NCBI RefSeq assembly: GCF_023055435.1
Contig: NW_025963791.1
Location: forward strand, 7,440,001-7,504,000
DNA: 64,000 bases
From: Haliotis rufescens
Taxonomy: Eukaryota
Reading direction: 5' to 3'
Program-made: the position numbers and the translations under genes
The notes under the pieces: model-generated
Databases searched by the model: none
What the model saw: only the letters and a program-made list of their open reading frames with translations
Told to the model about the DNA's origin: nothing
Shown: piece by piece, positions 1 through 11,109 of the stretch
Numbering within the stretch: position 1 is the first letter of the stretch
Layout of the letters: the number at the start of each line of letters is the position of its first letter

Positions 1-247
1 TAGATTTTAGTATGAAGTTGACATATACAACCACAGTAATACATGCATCCATATAGGCTGTTTTGATATAGCTGGAAACTGAACTATTGCTGTGGCCAAT
101 GGTGGCATGAACAAAATACAATCACATTGAAATAAGATCTATTACTCTGATATGATATCTCAAGAGCTGAAGATCTGTTGACACCTATAGGCGGCCGCAT
201 CAGGTGAACTAGTAAGCCAATCAGTGTGGAGGCTTCTAAGTTCTTGG

Positions 248-1340
248 TGTAACAGCGGTACTCTGGTCCTCTCAAAGATAAGAGAGTACTTGTTGGGTTC
301 AAGGGATTTATTTTCAATGGGCGTAGAGAACTACACGGTAGTCCGGATTTGCCCTAAAACATACATAATTTGATATAAATATCATGGGTATCATTATAAA
401 GGCACTATATAACAACAATACTAATTATACATTTAAATCTATAATTCCTTACTTTTGGCATATATATATATTAACAAATCCTTCCAGATAAAACAAATTA
501 CACTCTCTCTATATATATATAGTTAATCATACATAATTAATAAAACATAAATAGCATACCTCGTCTCAGGGACGCAGGCTGGAAACTCTCTTATATAGAG
601 ATGTGCAGTGAAATAGCCCTGCACAAATAAGTATACTACATATAAGTATACTACATATAAATATATCACATAGCCACAGTTACACTTGCATGTATGGAAT
701 ACAAGCATTATAAATTCTACAAAATACTATACATATATACATAATACATATACATATATCACTTCTAACCAGTTTAAGTCTATTTAATTAAATGTACATT
801 TGGCTATTATCTCAGTAAAATACACAGTTAAGTTGAATTAAGAATACATTAAAATGTCATAATACAATGCTAGCCAAAATACTATATCCAACAACAATGA
901 TTAAAATACATAACCTAAGCTTCCAGATAAATAAAGTAATAATTAAATGAACTTACCCTATATGATTCAGTGCAGAGAACGTGTTGAGAACGTGTTAAGA
1001 AAGTATGTCCTGACTGCTCAGTAGAAGTGTGATCAGTGTCCCCACATAATTGCAGAGAACATGCAACAAAGCTAGATCACAAAGAGCACCTAATCACAGG
1101 CCAAGCCTGTGACCAACCCATTGACAATAGCCAAGAAAGAAATGGCTGAACTACCCAAGCTATATACAGAACTAGCTTACCTGTGAATTAGTAGTTTTTG
1201 TGCAAGTGTTGAAGTTAACACAAGTATTTAGTAAAATAAATGTTAAATATTTAGGTTAGCTTATTAATTTAATTCATGTTTGGTTACTATGATCATACTT
1301 TAAAATCTAACAATATTCTATTTACAAGCATACTGCTACA
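248..1340 (-). repeat. 3' LTR (1093 bp)
   Basis: Element-sense termini TGTAGCAGT...GCTGTTACA (TG..CA with imperfect inverted repeat); preceded in element sense by the PPT. Confidence 0.95.
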
Positions 1341-1354
1341 TTCTCCCCTGCCAC
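1341..1354 (-). promoter_or_regulatory. Polypurine tract of the Gypsy element
   Basis: Minus strand GTGGCAGGGGAGAA directly abuts the 3' LTR start. Confidence 0.85.
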
Positions 1355-1379
1355 AGAAAATGGCGTCCCGAAATATATT

Positions 1380-4300
1380 CTATGTTACAGCAGAACCAGT
1401 TATCAGAAATAACATAGCCTTGTAGGCGTCTTCTGGGAGGTCCTGCAAAAGTCTGCCTTCAGCTAGAGTCTTAAGAAATGATGCTCTTGTTTTCCAATCT
1501 GTCAACAATGTTGGTGCTTGACTCATACAAAACTCTCCTCTTCCCATCCAGGCTGGCGGCTGACGCTGTCTTGTAGATCGCCTAGGTGGTAGAGTTGGTA
1601 GAACTCTCCTAGGCACCCTAATAGGTTCTGGATCTGGTTCTGGTTCTGGTTCTGGTTCCTGTTCTGGCTCTGGCCCTGGTTCTGGTTCTGGTTCTGGTTC
1701 CTGTTCCGGTTCCTGTTCTGGCTCTGGCTCCTGTTCCGACTTTGCCACTCCTTCTTCCTCAGCTTCCAGTTGAGGACTATCACCAGCTGTGGAATTACCT
1801 CCTTCTTCCCCCTCTTGAACCATTGCAGCAGTGGAATCTTCTAATTCCACATCTACATAGGTTTCATGTCCATCTGCTTCAGCTTGTGGGGCAGCATTTG
1901 ACGGAATGCTAACCACTGAAGACACATCAGTGAGGTCCACAGGTTGTGACTCAACCAGTACTATGGGATCATCGTCAGACTCGCTGTCTGATAGTGATTG
2001 GGTTGACTCTTGTTCCTTCACTATTGGTCCCAGGTACTTCGTTCTTGGCTTTGGAACGGGAACAGTCCTAGTCATGTCAGTGTCGATCTCTAGTGAACCC
2101 ACTGGCAGCAACAAGTTTCGATGAAGTGTCCTTAGTCGTCCATCTCCATCTTCCTTTTGTACACAGTACACTGGGATTTCTGGGTTGGGCTGGTCCCTCA
2201 CAACATAGATGCTTTCTTCCCACTTGTCTGCCAGTTTGTGCTTTCCATCAAATGCCAGCTGCTTTACTAAGACTCTGTCTCCAATGTTGAGAATAGCTCC
2301 TCTGACCTTGATGTCATACCTACTCTTCTGTCTCTCCCGGGCTCTATGTGCAGCAGCTGTTGCAAACTTGTAGGAGTCAGCAAGCCGTTGGCGCAGATCT
2401 TTGATGTAGGTGGTCTTAGATTGTCTACCTTGTGGAGAGCCTATTCCAAATGCAATGTCAACAGGTAAACGTGGCTGTCTACCAAACATAAGAAAAAAAG
2501 GACTTTCTCCGGTCGATTCATGTCGTGTGGCATTGTAAGCATGAACAAGTGGTGCTACATATGACTTCCAGTTGGTCTTCTGGGATGGTTGCAAAGAACC
2601 TAACATACTTATCAGTGTCCGATTGAATCTTTCTGTCATTCCATTTCCTTGTGGGTGGTAAGGTGTGGTGGTGCTTTTTTCTATTCCTGCCAGCTTACAT
2701 AGTTCCTTGATTAGGTTACTCTCAAAGTTGGCGCCTTGATCTGCATGTAGTCTTTGTGGAAAGCCATAGTGTACAAAGAAGTTGTTAAATAGGACTTCTG
2801 CAGTGGTCTTCGCAGTCATGTTCCTAGTAGGGTAGGCCTGAGCATATCTTGTAAAATGGTCAGTCAGAACAAGAATATGTTGATATCCTCCCTTCGACAT
2901 CTCCAGTGTAAGGAAGTCAACGCAAACTAACTCAAGGGGCTGGCTGGTAGTGATGGAGAGAAGAGGAGCTCTGGCTTCTGCTGGTGTTCTTCTGAAGCAT
3001 CTGTCACAGTTTTTTATCCACTGATCCACATCTTTAGCCATTCCAGGCCAGTAAAATCTATCCCTGCAGAGAGATAGAGTCCGATCTCGGCCGAGATGTC
3101 CAATCTCATCATGAAGTCCGTTTAATGTTCTTTTGATGAATTCTGCCGGGAGAACTAGTTGCTTCCTTTCTTCTCCATCCATGGTAGTAATTCTGTACAA
3201 CACTCCCTGTTGTAATTGGAGATGACTGAATTCTCTGAGAAGACCAGTAGGAATATCCTCTGGTATCTTGTGGTGATGTAGTCCGTCAATGACTCTGTTG
3301 AGTACTGGATCCCTGTCTTGTGCTTTCCTCCAATCCCTTAGAGTGAAGCTAGCTATGTTGTTGCTGTGTTCAACGTCGTCATCTGCAATAACTTCAGCTG
3401 CAAAGCATAAACTCTCAATGTAGTTAGATGTCTGACAACTATTGCAGATCGCCTTTACAGATGTAGTAGCTATAGTATCTGTCTCGTCTTCTTGTGGCAA
3501 CCTTGAGAGCGCATCAGCATCTATGTTACCTTTACCTGGACGATACTTAATATCAAAGTTGAATGCGGAAAGAGCTGCAATCCACCTGTGTCCAGTAGCA
3601 TCCAATTTGGCTGTAGTCAAAACGTATGTGAGAGGGTTGTTGTCTGTCAGTACAGTGAACTGATTTCCGTAGAGATAGTCATAAAATTTCTCTGATACTG
3701 CCCATTTTAATGCTAGGAACTCCAACTTGTGTGCTGGGTAGTTCTTCTCTGCTTTATTCAGACCTCTGCTGGCATAGGCGATGACTCTCTTTTGTCCTTC
3801 TTGTTCTTGGTAGAGAATGGCACCTAATCCGAGTGAGCTTGCATCTGTATGAACCTCAAAAGGAAGACCATAATTCGCATATCCAAGAATAGGTGGCTTT
3901 GACAAAGCATCTTTCAGTTGCTTGAAGGCTGATTCCTGATCCTTACCCCAAGTCCATTTAACTTTCAAGTCTGTTTTCTTCTTGAAGCGATTATTCTTCT
4001 TCACTGTGGGAGGGAGCAACTGTGAGAGAGGCCAAGCGATATTAGAGAAATTCTTAACAAATTTTCTGTAGTATCCGGCAAACCCAAGGAATTGACGAAC
4101 TTCCTCTGGACTCTTAGGAGTTGGCCAATTCAGTACCTTCTCAATCTTTGTAGGGTCAGTTTGAACTCCATTTGCTGATACAATGTGGCCGACAAACTTT
4201 GCTTGTTCTTGTAAGAAGTTACACTTCTTGGGTGCCAACTTTATTCCACTTTTCCTCAGACGTTGGAAAATCCTTTCTAATCGAATGAGATGCTCTTCAT

Positions 4301-5843
4301 AAGTATCAGAAAACACGATGAGATCATCCAGGTATATCATACAAATTTCCAAATGAAGATCTCCTAACATATGTTCCATCTGGCGTTGATATGTAGCTGG
4401 AGCATTTACGAGTCCAAAAGGCAAGCGATTGTACTCATAAAACCCAAGAGGTCCAACTGTAAAGGCGGTTCTTGCTTTGTGACCTTCCTCTATTTCTATC
4501 TGATGGTAGCCGGACTTCATGTCCATAACAGTGAAAAACTTGGATCCTGCAAGTCTATCAAAGATTTCTTCTGCGCGTGGTAAAGCGTAGGCATCTTTAA
4601 CCGTGCGACGGTTGAGTGATCTAAAATCTATGCACATACGCAGAGATCCATCAGCCTTGCGTACAAGGACTACATTAGATGCCCATGGGCTATAAGAACG
4701 TCTGATGATTCCACAAGCAAGTAACTGTTGGAGATGGTCCTTCACCTCTTGAAACATAGATGGCGGTATGCGTCGATGTCTTTCCTTGAATGGGGTAGGG
4801 TCTGTCAATTCAATCCGATGTTTCACATCAGTGTAGTGGCCAACATCTAAATCTCCTGTTGAAAATACATCGCTGTATTTCTGAATTAACTCTTCACCCA
4901 TCTTCTTCTGTTCCTCAGTAACTTTATGAGATATGTTCACCTTGTCCAGTGGGTGCTGTTTTACTTCAGTGGCAATCTGTTCCAAGTTGATGGGTGCAAC
5001 TTTCTCAATTTGGACTGGTTGTATCTCACAGATGATTGTCCTAGGGGAAACAACTATGGTCTGGTTGGTCAGGTTTGACAATTGAACAGGAATTTGTAGT
5101 GATCGCTTGTACTGGTAGCGGAATAATGCAGGAGTTATCTCTATCCCCGGTGATATAGATGTCTTCTTGGCTGGATGAAGCATAACACAAGTTTCTCTAT
5201 AAGGCAGTTCCTTGTAGAGTGAACACTTGACTGTTACAGTTCTGTTGGGAGGTATAACTACTTTTGACACCTCACAGCTACGCATAAGTCCAAGGGTCCC
5301 ATCTTTCCTTTTAAGTTCCTTATCCTGCAAAATGATACTCCTAAAGGCAAGATACCAAGGTGTGTGCATTTTGCTGACTTGAAGAAAGTTAGGTCCAGTT
5401 GCCTCCCTACAGCTCTCAAGAGCTGGGATAAGGTAATTAGTCCCCAGTAAAACAGGTACACTCTTGTTGTACTCACTATCTGGGATGACTAACAATAAAC
5501 AATTACTTTTGAGACCTGGAGATAACCCAGTAGTTTCAACTGGAACTTCCACATATCCCATATAAGGCAATGTCTCACCATCAGCACATTCAATACGAAT
5601 GAAATCACCTAAGGTCTTAATCTCCAATGATGATAAACACTCCTTATGGAAACTTTCCGGGATAGTTGACACTGATGATCCTGTATCTAGGAGGGCCTTA
5701 TGTGAAACACCATTGATGATGACATTTGTCTCGTTAGCTGTTCCAATCAATCCAGCTGGTATCTTGAAATGGACGACTTCAGTGGAGCTCTGTCTGAAAG
5801 AACCTAATGTCTGCCCCTTGACATTGGTCCTCTGCCATTTAAA
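1380..5843 (-). CDS. pol: Pol polyprotein (protease, RT, RNase H, integrase), probably translated as Gag-Pol via -1 frameshift
   Basis: LLDTGS protease; YLDD RT; VHTDAS RNase H; H-x3-H...CDRC zinc finger; DDE core (CVDF, HADQG, MTERFNRT); acidic Pro/Glu tail. Uninterrupted 1509-codon ORF (1380-5909). Confidence 0.97.
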   Translation of the reverse strand, partial: FKWQRTNVKGQTLGSFRQSSTEVVHFKIPAGLIGTANETNVIINGVSHKALLDTGSSVSTIPESFHKECLSSLEIKTLGDFIRIECADGETLPYMGYVEVPVETTGLSPGLKSNCLLLVIPDSEYNKSVPVLLGTNYLIPALESCREATGPNFLQVSKMHTPWYLAFRSIILQDKELKRKDGTLGLMRSCEVSKVVIPPNRTVTVKCSLYKELPYRETCVMLHPAKKTSISPGIEITPALFRYQYKRSLQIPVQLSNLTNQTIVVSPRTIICEIQPVQIEKVAPINLEQIATEVKQHPLDKVNISHKVTEEQKKMGEELIQKYSDVFSTGDLDVGHYTDVKHRIELTDPTPFKERHRRIPPSMFQEVKDHLQQLLACGIIRRSYSPWASNVVLVRKADGSLRMCIDFRSLNRRTVKDAYALPRAEEIFDRLAGSKFFTVMDMKSGYHQIEIEEGHKARTAFTVGPLGFYEYNRLPFGLVNAPATYQRQMEHMLGDLHLEICMIYLDDLIVFSDTYEEHLIRLERIFQRLRKSGIKLAPKKCNFLQEQAKFVGHIVSANGVQTDPTKIEKVLNWPTPKSPEEVRQFLGFAGYYRKFVKNFSNIAWPLSQLLPPTVKKNNRFKKKTDLKVKWTWGKDQESAFKQLKDALSKPPILGYANYGLPFEVHTDASSLGLGAILYQEQEGQKRVIAYASRGLNKAEKNYPAHKLEFLALKWAVSEKFYDYLYGNQFTVLTDNNPLTYVLTTAKLDATGHRWIAALSAFNFDIKYRPGKGNIDADALSRLPQEDETDTIATTSVKAICNSCQTSNYIESLCFAAEVIADDDVEHSNNIASFTLRDWRKAQDRDPVLNRVIDGLHHHKIPEDIPTGLLREFSHLQLQQGVLYRITTMDGEERKQLVLPAEFIKRTLNGLHDEIGHLGRDRTLSLCRDRFYWPGMAKDVDQWIKNCDRCFRRTPAEARAPLLSITTSQPLELVCVDFLTLEMSKGGYQHILVLTDHFTRYAQAYPTRNMTAKTTAEVLFNNFFVHYGFPQRLHADQGANFESNLIKELCKLAGIEKSTTTPYHPQGNGMTERFNRTLISMLGSLQPSQKTNWKSYVAPLVHAYNATRHESTGESPFFLMFGRQPRLPVDIAFGIGSPQGRQSKTTYIKDLRQRLADSYKFATAAAHRARERQKSRYDIKVRGAILNIGDRVLVKQLAFDGKHKLADKWEESIYVVRDQPNPEIPVYCVQKEDGDGRLRTLHRNLLLPVGSLEIDTDMTRTVPVPKPRTKYLGPIVKEQESTQSLSDSESDDDPIVLVESQPVDLTDVSSVVSIPSNAAPQAEADGHETYVDVELEDSTAAMVQEGEEGGNSTAGDSPQLEAEEEGVAKSEQEPEPEQEPEQEPEPEPEPGPEPEQEPEPEPEPDPEPIRVPRRVLPTLPPRRSTRQRQPPAWMGRGEFCMSQAPTLLTDWKTRASFLKTLAEGRLLQDLPEDAYKAMLFLITGSAVT
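5784..5843 (-). promoter_or_regulatory. -1 ribosomal frameshift signal (slippery heptamer plus stem-loop or pseudoknot)
   Basis: U UUA AAU in gag frame at 5837-5843; pol lies in the -1 frame; hairpin GGACCAAUGUC/GACAUUAGGUUC starts 6 nt downstream. Confidence 0.8.
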
Positions 5844-6949
5844 GGTCCACGCCTCATATGATCTATGTTGACACGACAGCCTCTCATAAGGTGACCATAT
5901 TGTCCACACCTATAGCACTGGACTCCAGACTGTAGTTCAAAATCATGAGGTAGTTGTGCAGGATTATCAGGATTACCATGATGATGTTGATAATGATATT
6001 GTCCCTTGTGTTGTGCCTGGGATGCGGTAGGAGTGAACTGATTCATCCTTGCCTCCAGATTATCAATCTTGGATGACAGCTTGTCAATGACTCCCATCAA
6101 CGTTGATACTTCAGAGGTTGGTTGAAGTGAAGCCATGACCTTGGCTGGTACAGGTTTCTTCTGTACTTCCAGTTTCCTTTGCTCCTGGTCATATTCAATT
6201 CTCCTAATAGCTACTCGGAGCTGGTCGAAATCCTGTATGGTGTCAAATTTGTGTCCTGTTGAGTCCTTCAGTTCCTGCCTGAGTCCTGACCAGAAGACTG
6301 TCCTGAGAACAGAGCTTGATCTATCCTGTTGGATGAAACCTTGTAAGACAAGCCTGTCTAACATGTCCTCAAGTCTGCAACCCCATGCTGTAGCATCCTC
6401 CTTTTCCCCTTGGCGTGCACCATAAAACTGGGCCATAAGGACTTCACCTTGCTCCATGACTGATGGACTGAATACACTTTTCAGTTTATTAAGAACTGAA
6501 GTGAGTGATGCAGTGTGACCTAACCTCATTATGACACGGGCAGCTTCACCCCTAAGGGCTCTCCTGAGCGCCTGTAAGATCTCATCCTCAGAATGAGTCT
6601 TACTGCAAACGAAACTTTCAACCTCGTAGTGCCACACATCAAATGAAGTTTCACCTTTGGCCGTTGGATCACCAGAAAAACAAGAAAAACGAGGTGCTTG
6701 TTTAAAACTAAACGAACTGGGCAAACTTTGGGTTGGTGGAATGGCATGATGCTCTGACTCCTCAGATTTAAACTGTGGACTACCAGTAGCGCCCTGCAAC
6801 TCCTGTATTGCTACCATACCTGCTACCCAATCCCTGAGCTCATCCTCAGTCTTACCTTTTGGTGTAACACCTAGCTTCTCAAATCCCGCAAGAAAAGAAG
6901 CCAACTCATCAGAAGATAATTGGGACATGATGATAATGTAGGTATACAA
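5804..6949 (-). CDS. gag: Gag (PNMA-like capsid with CCHC zinc knuckle)
   Basis: FSG...F..W..E capsid motif, LRGEA, CYRCGQYGHLMRGC knuckle. The true start may be the second Met (MSQLSS). Confidence 0.93.
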   Translation of the reverse strand: MYTYIIIMSQLSSDELASFLAGFEKLGVTPKGKTEDELRDWVAGMVAIQELQGATGSPQFKSEESEHHAIPPTQSLPSSFSFKQAPRFSCFSGDPTAKGETSFDVWHYEVESFVCSKTHSEDEILQALRRALRGEAARVIMRLGHTASLTSVLNKLKSVFSPSVMEQGEVLMAQFYGARQGEKEDATAWGCRLEDMLDRLVLQGFIQQDRSSSVLRTVFWSGLRQELKDSTGHKFDTIQDFDQLRVAIRRIEYDQEQRKLEVQKKPVPAKVMASLQPTSEVSTLMGVIDKLSSKIDNLEARMNQFTPTASQAQHKGQYHYQHHHGNPDNPAQLPHDFELQSGVQCYRCGQYGHLMRGCRVNIDHMRRGPLNGRGPMSRGRH

Positions 6950-8015
6950 TTATGAATGAATCCGAAGTGAAGGTAATAGCTTGACCTTAAATGAACACGA
7001 ACAAAAAAATGTAAAGCTTATAAGACCTACATGGAGAAACAATGCATAATTAACGTAAATGTAATCCTGTATACAACTTAAGGGTTAAGAGTTTATAGTT
7101 TAGTTTTGCTTTATCAACTATCAAGTTTACGATAGTAATGGTTTAGGTTTAGTTAGGTAACAAAATTAGTTTAGTTTACCAAGTGTTGTGGGTTAGTAAC
7201 CTTTACCTGACAACTTAATCCATACTGTACTGATACAACTGACTCACAAGACCACACTCAAAGATTAAACAGGATAGGACAGGTGTGCTGAAAGAAGTGT
7301 AGTGCAAACTTACCTCATATAATATTAATTAAATACTAATATAATATTAACTATATATAATATTAAGTAACTATGTATAATATTAATTAACTATGTATAA
7401 TAGTAATTAAATGCTGAGAATTAGTGACAACACAACTGAACAGTAACTTAACAATATACTCTTTTATGGTATATGCCAAGATTAGCTAAGTCTTAAATAA
7501 TAACACTACCTAACAGTTCAATCAATAGGTCTGTGTTCTTGCAAAAGATGTCAACTAATAAACCAAGTAATGAATCAGTTAATTACAGTAGAATGTATAA
7601 ACAAAGTAGTCTGTCTAAAACTAACTAAACTAAACTAACTAATACAAACTAAACTAAGGGCCCATAATACTAATTATGTACAATCACCGCAGCAGAGCTC
7701 AATATGGCTGCACAAAAAAACATACCCATTCTCATGCGCACATAAACAACATGGGTGAAAAAAACATGTCTGTTAAACAATAATGGCACCAAAGAATTAT
7801 CAAAAATATGAAATACAGCTGTAAATATTAAGCATATCCAGTGTCAAAAGCCTGTATACAGACGCAAGTGTCTCTGATCACCAATAGGGAGAGTTCATGT
7901 ACACATATTTACACATGTTCACTTCATAATAGTGTGGGGCACAACTTCATACACTGTCACTGCAGGGGCTGCTCATGATGTTCCTCTCACTCTCCTGGAT
8001 CCATTGAAAATCAAG

Positions 8016-8033
8016 ATCCCACCAGGGATGCCA
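8016..8033 (-). promoter_or_regulatory. Primer-binding site of the Gypsy element (tRNA-Arg(TCT)-like; Asn not excluded)
   Basis: TGGCATCCCTGGTGGGAT lies 1 nt after the 5' LTR and starts with TGG, complementary to tRNA CCA. The tRNA identity is from memory and uncertain. Confidence 0.8.
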
Positions 8034-8034
8034 T

Positions 8035-9117
8035 TGTAACAGCGGTACTCTGGTCCTCTCAAAGATAAGAGAGTACTTGTTGGGTTCAAGGGATTTATTT
8101 TCAATGGGCGTAGAGAACTACACGGTAGTCCGGATTTGCCCTAAAACATACATAATTTGATATAAATATCATGGGTATCATTATAAAGGCACTATATAAC
8201 AACAATACTAATTATACATTTAAATCTATAATTCCTTACTTTTGGCATATATATATATTAACAAATCCTTCCAGATAAAACAAATTACACTCTCTCTATA
8301 TATATATAGTTAATCATACATAATTAATAAAACATAAATAGCATACCTCGTCTCAGGGACGCAGGCTGGAAACTCTCTTATATAGAGATGTGCAGTGAAA
8401 TAGCCCTGCACAAATAAGTATACTACATATAAGTATACTACATATAAATATATCACATAGCCACAGTTACACTTGCATGTATGGAATACAAGCATTATAA
8501 ATTCTACAAAATACTATACATATATACATAATACATATACATATATCACTTCTAACCAGTTTAAGTCTATTTAATTAAATGTACATTTGGCTATTATCTC
8601 AGTAAAATACACAGTTAAGTTGAATTAAGAATACATTAAAATGTCATAATACAATGCTAGCCAAAATACTATATCCAACAACAATGATTAAAATACATAA
8701 CCTAAGCTTCCAGATAAATAAAGTAATAATTAAATGAACTTACCCTATATGATTCAGTGCAGAGAACGTGTTGAGAACGTGTTAAGAAAGTATGTCCTGA
8801 CTGCTCAGTAGAAGTGTGATCAGTGTCCCCACATAATTGCAGAGAACATGCAACAAAGCTAGATCACAAAGAGCACCTAATCACAGGCCAAGCCTGTGAC
8901 CAACCCATTGACAATAGCCAAGAAAGAAATGGCTGAACTACCCAAGCTATATACAGAACTAGCTTACCTGTGAATTAGTAGTTTTTGTGCAAGTGTTGAA
9001 GTTAACACAAGTATTTAGTAAAATAAATGTTAAATATTTAGGTTAGCTTATTAATTTAATTCATGTTTGGTTACTATGATCATACTTTAAAATCTAACAA
9101 TATTCTATTTACAAGCA
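8035..9117 (-). repeat. 5' LTR lacking its outer 10 bp
   Basis: Matches 248-1330, then CGAGTAAGCA replaces TACTGCTACA. Confidence 0.93.
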
Positions 9118-9165
9118 CGAGTAAGCAAAACACCCAGATCATCATATCTGATTTCTGTATCTCGA

Positions 9166-9348
9166 GGGGCGGTCGGGTAGCCTAGTGGTTAAAGTGTTCG
9201 CTCGTCACGCCGAAGACCCGGGCTGATTCCAGACAAGGGTACAATGTGTGAAGCCCATTTCTGGTGTCCCCTGCCATGATATTGCTGGAATTTTACTAAA
9301 AGCAGTGTAAAACCATACTTACTCACTCACTCACTCACTCACTCACTC
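9166..9348 (+). mobile_element. tRNA-derived SINE, family A
   Basis: A-box TAGCCTAGTGG, body TGTGTGAAGCCCATTTCTGGTGTCCCC, (ACTC)n tail. Related minus-strand copies at ~20302-20460, ~39045-39220, ~43108-43283, ~46940-47100. Confidence 0.85.
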
Positions 9349-9548
9349 TATCTCAAATTAAAGCTTCAACGACCTTTTCCGAAAATTATAAATAATGAAG
9401 TCCTCTCTATTATATTGTTGTGGATAGTTCATACACCCTGTTGTTTTTGAGCACCATGGCATCTACACCCAAAAGGCCACACAAGCAGTGTGTTTACATG
9501 CTATCGCAGTGACAGAACTTTTCTTGTCAAGGGCAGTTAATTCACATA

Positions 9549-10060
9549 CAATCTCATTAAAATCAGATCTAAATTTTCGTTACCGCTAAACAAAGATCTG
9601 AGGACATCCCATTACGGGTCACGTAAGAACGACCTTTCACGCATTTTGACCAACCAAGAAATGACTGATAAGTAATCAACATTGGCAAATCAGAAGGTAG
9701 CTTTCTCGAGCTTTACGACACTAGTTTCAAACTGGCGACTACGCTTCGAAACATATTTTGACGTATTCTCAATAAAAGAAATTTAAAACTGATAAGATGA
9801 ACATTCTGGAATGGCTAATAGATGGCTTAGATTGTATGGATATAATCATAAAGCCTGTAACTGTCGTTCGGAATACCCCGCGTTAAATATATATTGTGGT
9901 TGCATGATTAGAAAACACAATCTGACTGTCACTTTCATCATCTGGTAAGCGACGCTCTGACTGGTTGGATGAAAGGTCGTTCTGACGTGACCCGTAATGG
10001 GATGTCCTCAGATCTTTGTTTAGCGATAACCAGAACTAAGATCTGATTTTAATGAGATTG
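9549..10060. mobile_element. MITE with ~90-bp TIRs and 9-bp TSD (Mutator-like)
   Basis: CAATCTCATTAAAATCAGATCT... / ...AGATCTGATTTTAATGAGATTG; TSD ATTCACATA at 9540-9548 and 10061-10069. Confidence 0.9.
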
Positions 10061-10763
10061 ATTCACATAGAGAGTGAGAGTGGTTTCCCTTTGACTACGA
10101 ACAATGAAACATCTGATGAAGTGAGCACCATAGCATGTATAGCCTTGATGGCATACTGTTTGGGAATCATTTAGTCCATGAATAAATATTCCATTAGGAA
10201 TAATAACGGAAAACAATCCAAGTTTATTCTTCAGTGTCAGTGACTGTTGTGGACAAAATACTTAAGATATATAAGGTTGGTTTACAATCTTGGTCAAAAA
10301 CCATTGTGTCAAACTTTGATTTGTCGAACTTATTGTTATCTCGAAGTAAAAGCTTGTTCCCAGCGTACTCCTTCTTTATTCATCATTTTCGGTTATGTCG
10401 AACCTCGATTAACTTGAATTATTTACATTGGTCCCTTCAACAGGTTCAACTTTGACACAATGCTGTTTGACTGTAGGTTGAATCCCATTACATTACTTCC
10501 CAAATCATCAGTTTTGCTATGCTTGTTGTAAGTGGCCACAAACAGGATCAGGTGGTCAGACTCGCTGACTTGGTTGATGCATGTCATCGAATCCCAATTG
10601 CGTGTGTATTTAGGCATGAGGTTCAGTTCTCATTCAATGTGTTTCGAGATGGACTTAGACACAAAACAACATCATGTCTAATGCTTGAAAACATGATTAC
10701 ACATTTTCATTGTGAGTATATGTTCAGGATTTCCTTCAAACATCTACCAAAAGGATGTTTGTT

Positions 10764-11109
10764 CAATCTCATCAAAATCAGATCTTAGCTTTCTGATTGG
10801 CTAATGGTGACTTCGTGTCTGACGTGACACGTAATATGATGTCTTCATATCCTTGTTTAGCAGTAGAGAGAGCTAAAATCAGATCTTAGCTTTCTGATTG
10901 GCTAATGGTGACTTCGTGTCTGACGTGACACGTGATATGATGTCTTCAGATCCTTGTTTAGCAGTAGCGAGAACAAAAATCAGATCTTACCTTTCTGATT
11001 GGCTAATGGTGACTTCGTGTCTGACCTGACACGTAATATGATGCCTTCAGCATGTTCAGATCCTTGTTTAGTAGTAGCGGGAACTAAACGCCGATCTTAA
11101 TTAGATTGG
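10764..11109. mobile_element. Rearranged member of the same MITE family with three ~104-bp internal tandem units
   Basis: Same CAATCTCA..AAAATCAGATCTTA terminus; unit repeated three times; degenerate TSD ATGTTTGTT/ACGTTTGAT. Confidence 0.75.

Larger units (their letters stand above)
248..9117 (-). mobile_element. Ty3/Gypsy LTR retrotransposon, apparently intact and very young
   Basis: Direct repeats 248-1330 and 8035-9117 (offset 7787) look identical by eye. Gag then PR-RT-RH-INT order; PBS next to the right LTR and PPT next to the left LTR. Confidence 0.98.

Noticed and set aside
523-708. Identical 61-aa ORFs at 523-708 and 8310-8495
   Set aside because: Low-complexity LTR sequence duplicated with the LTRs.
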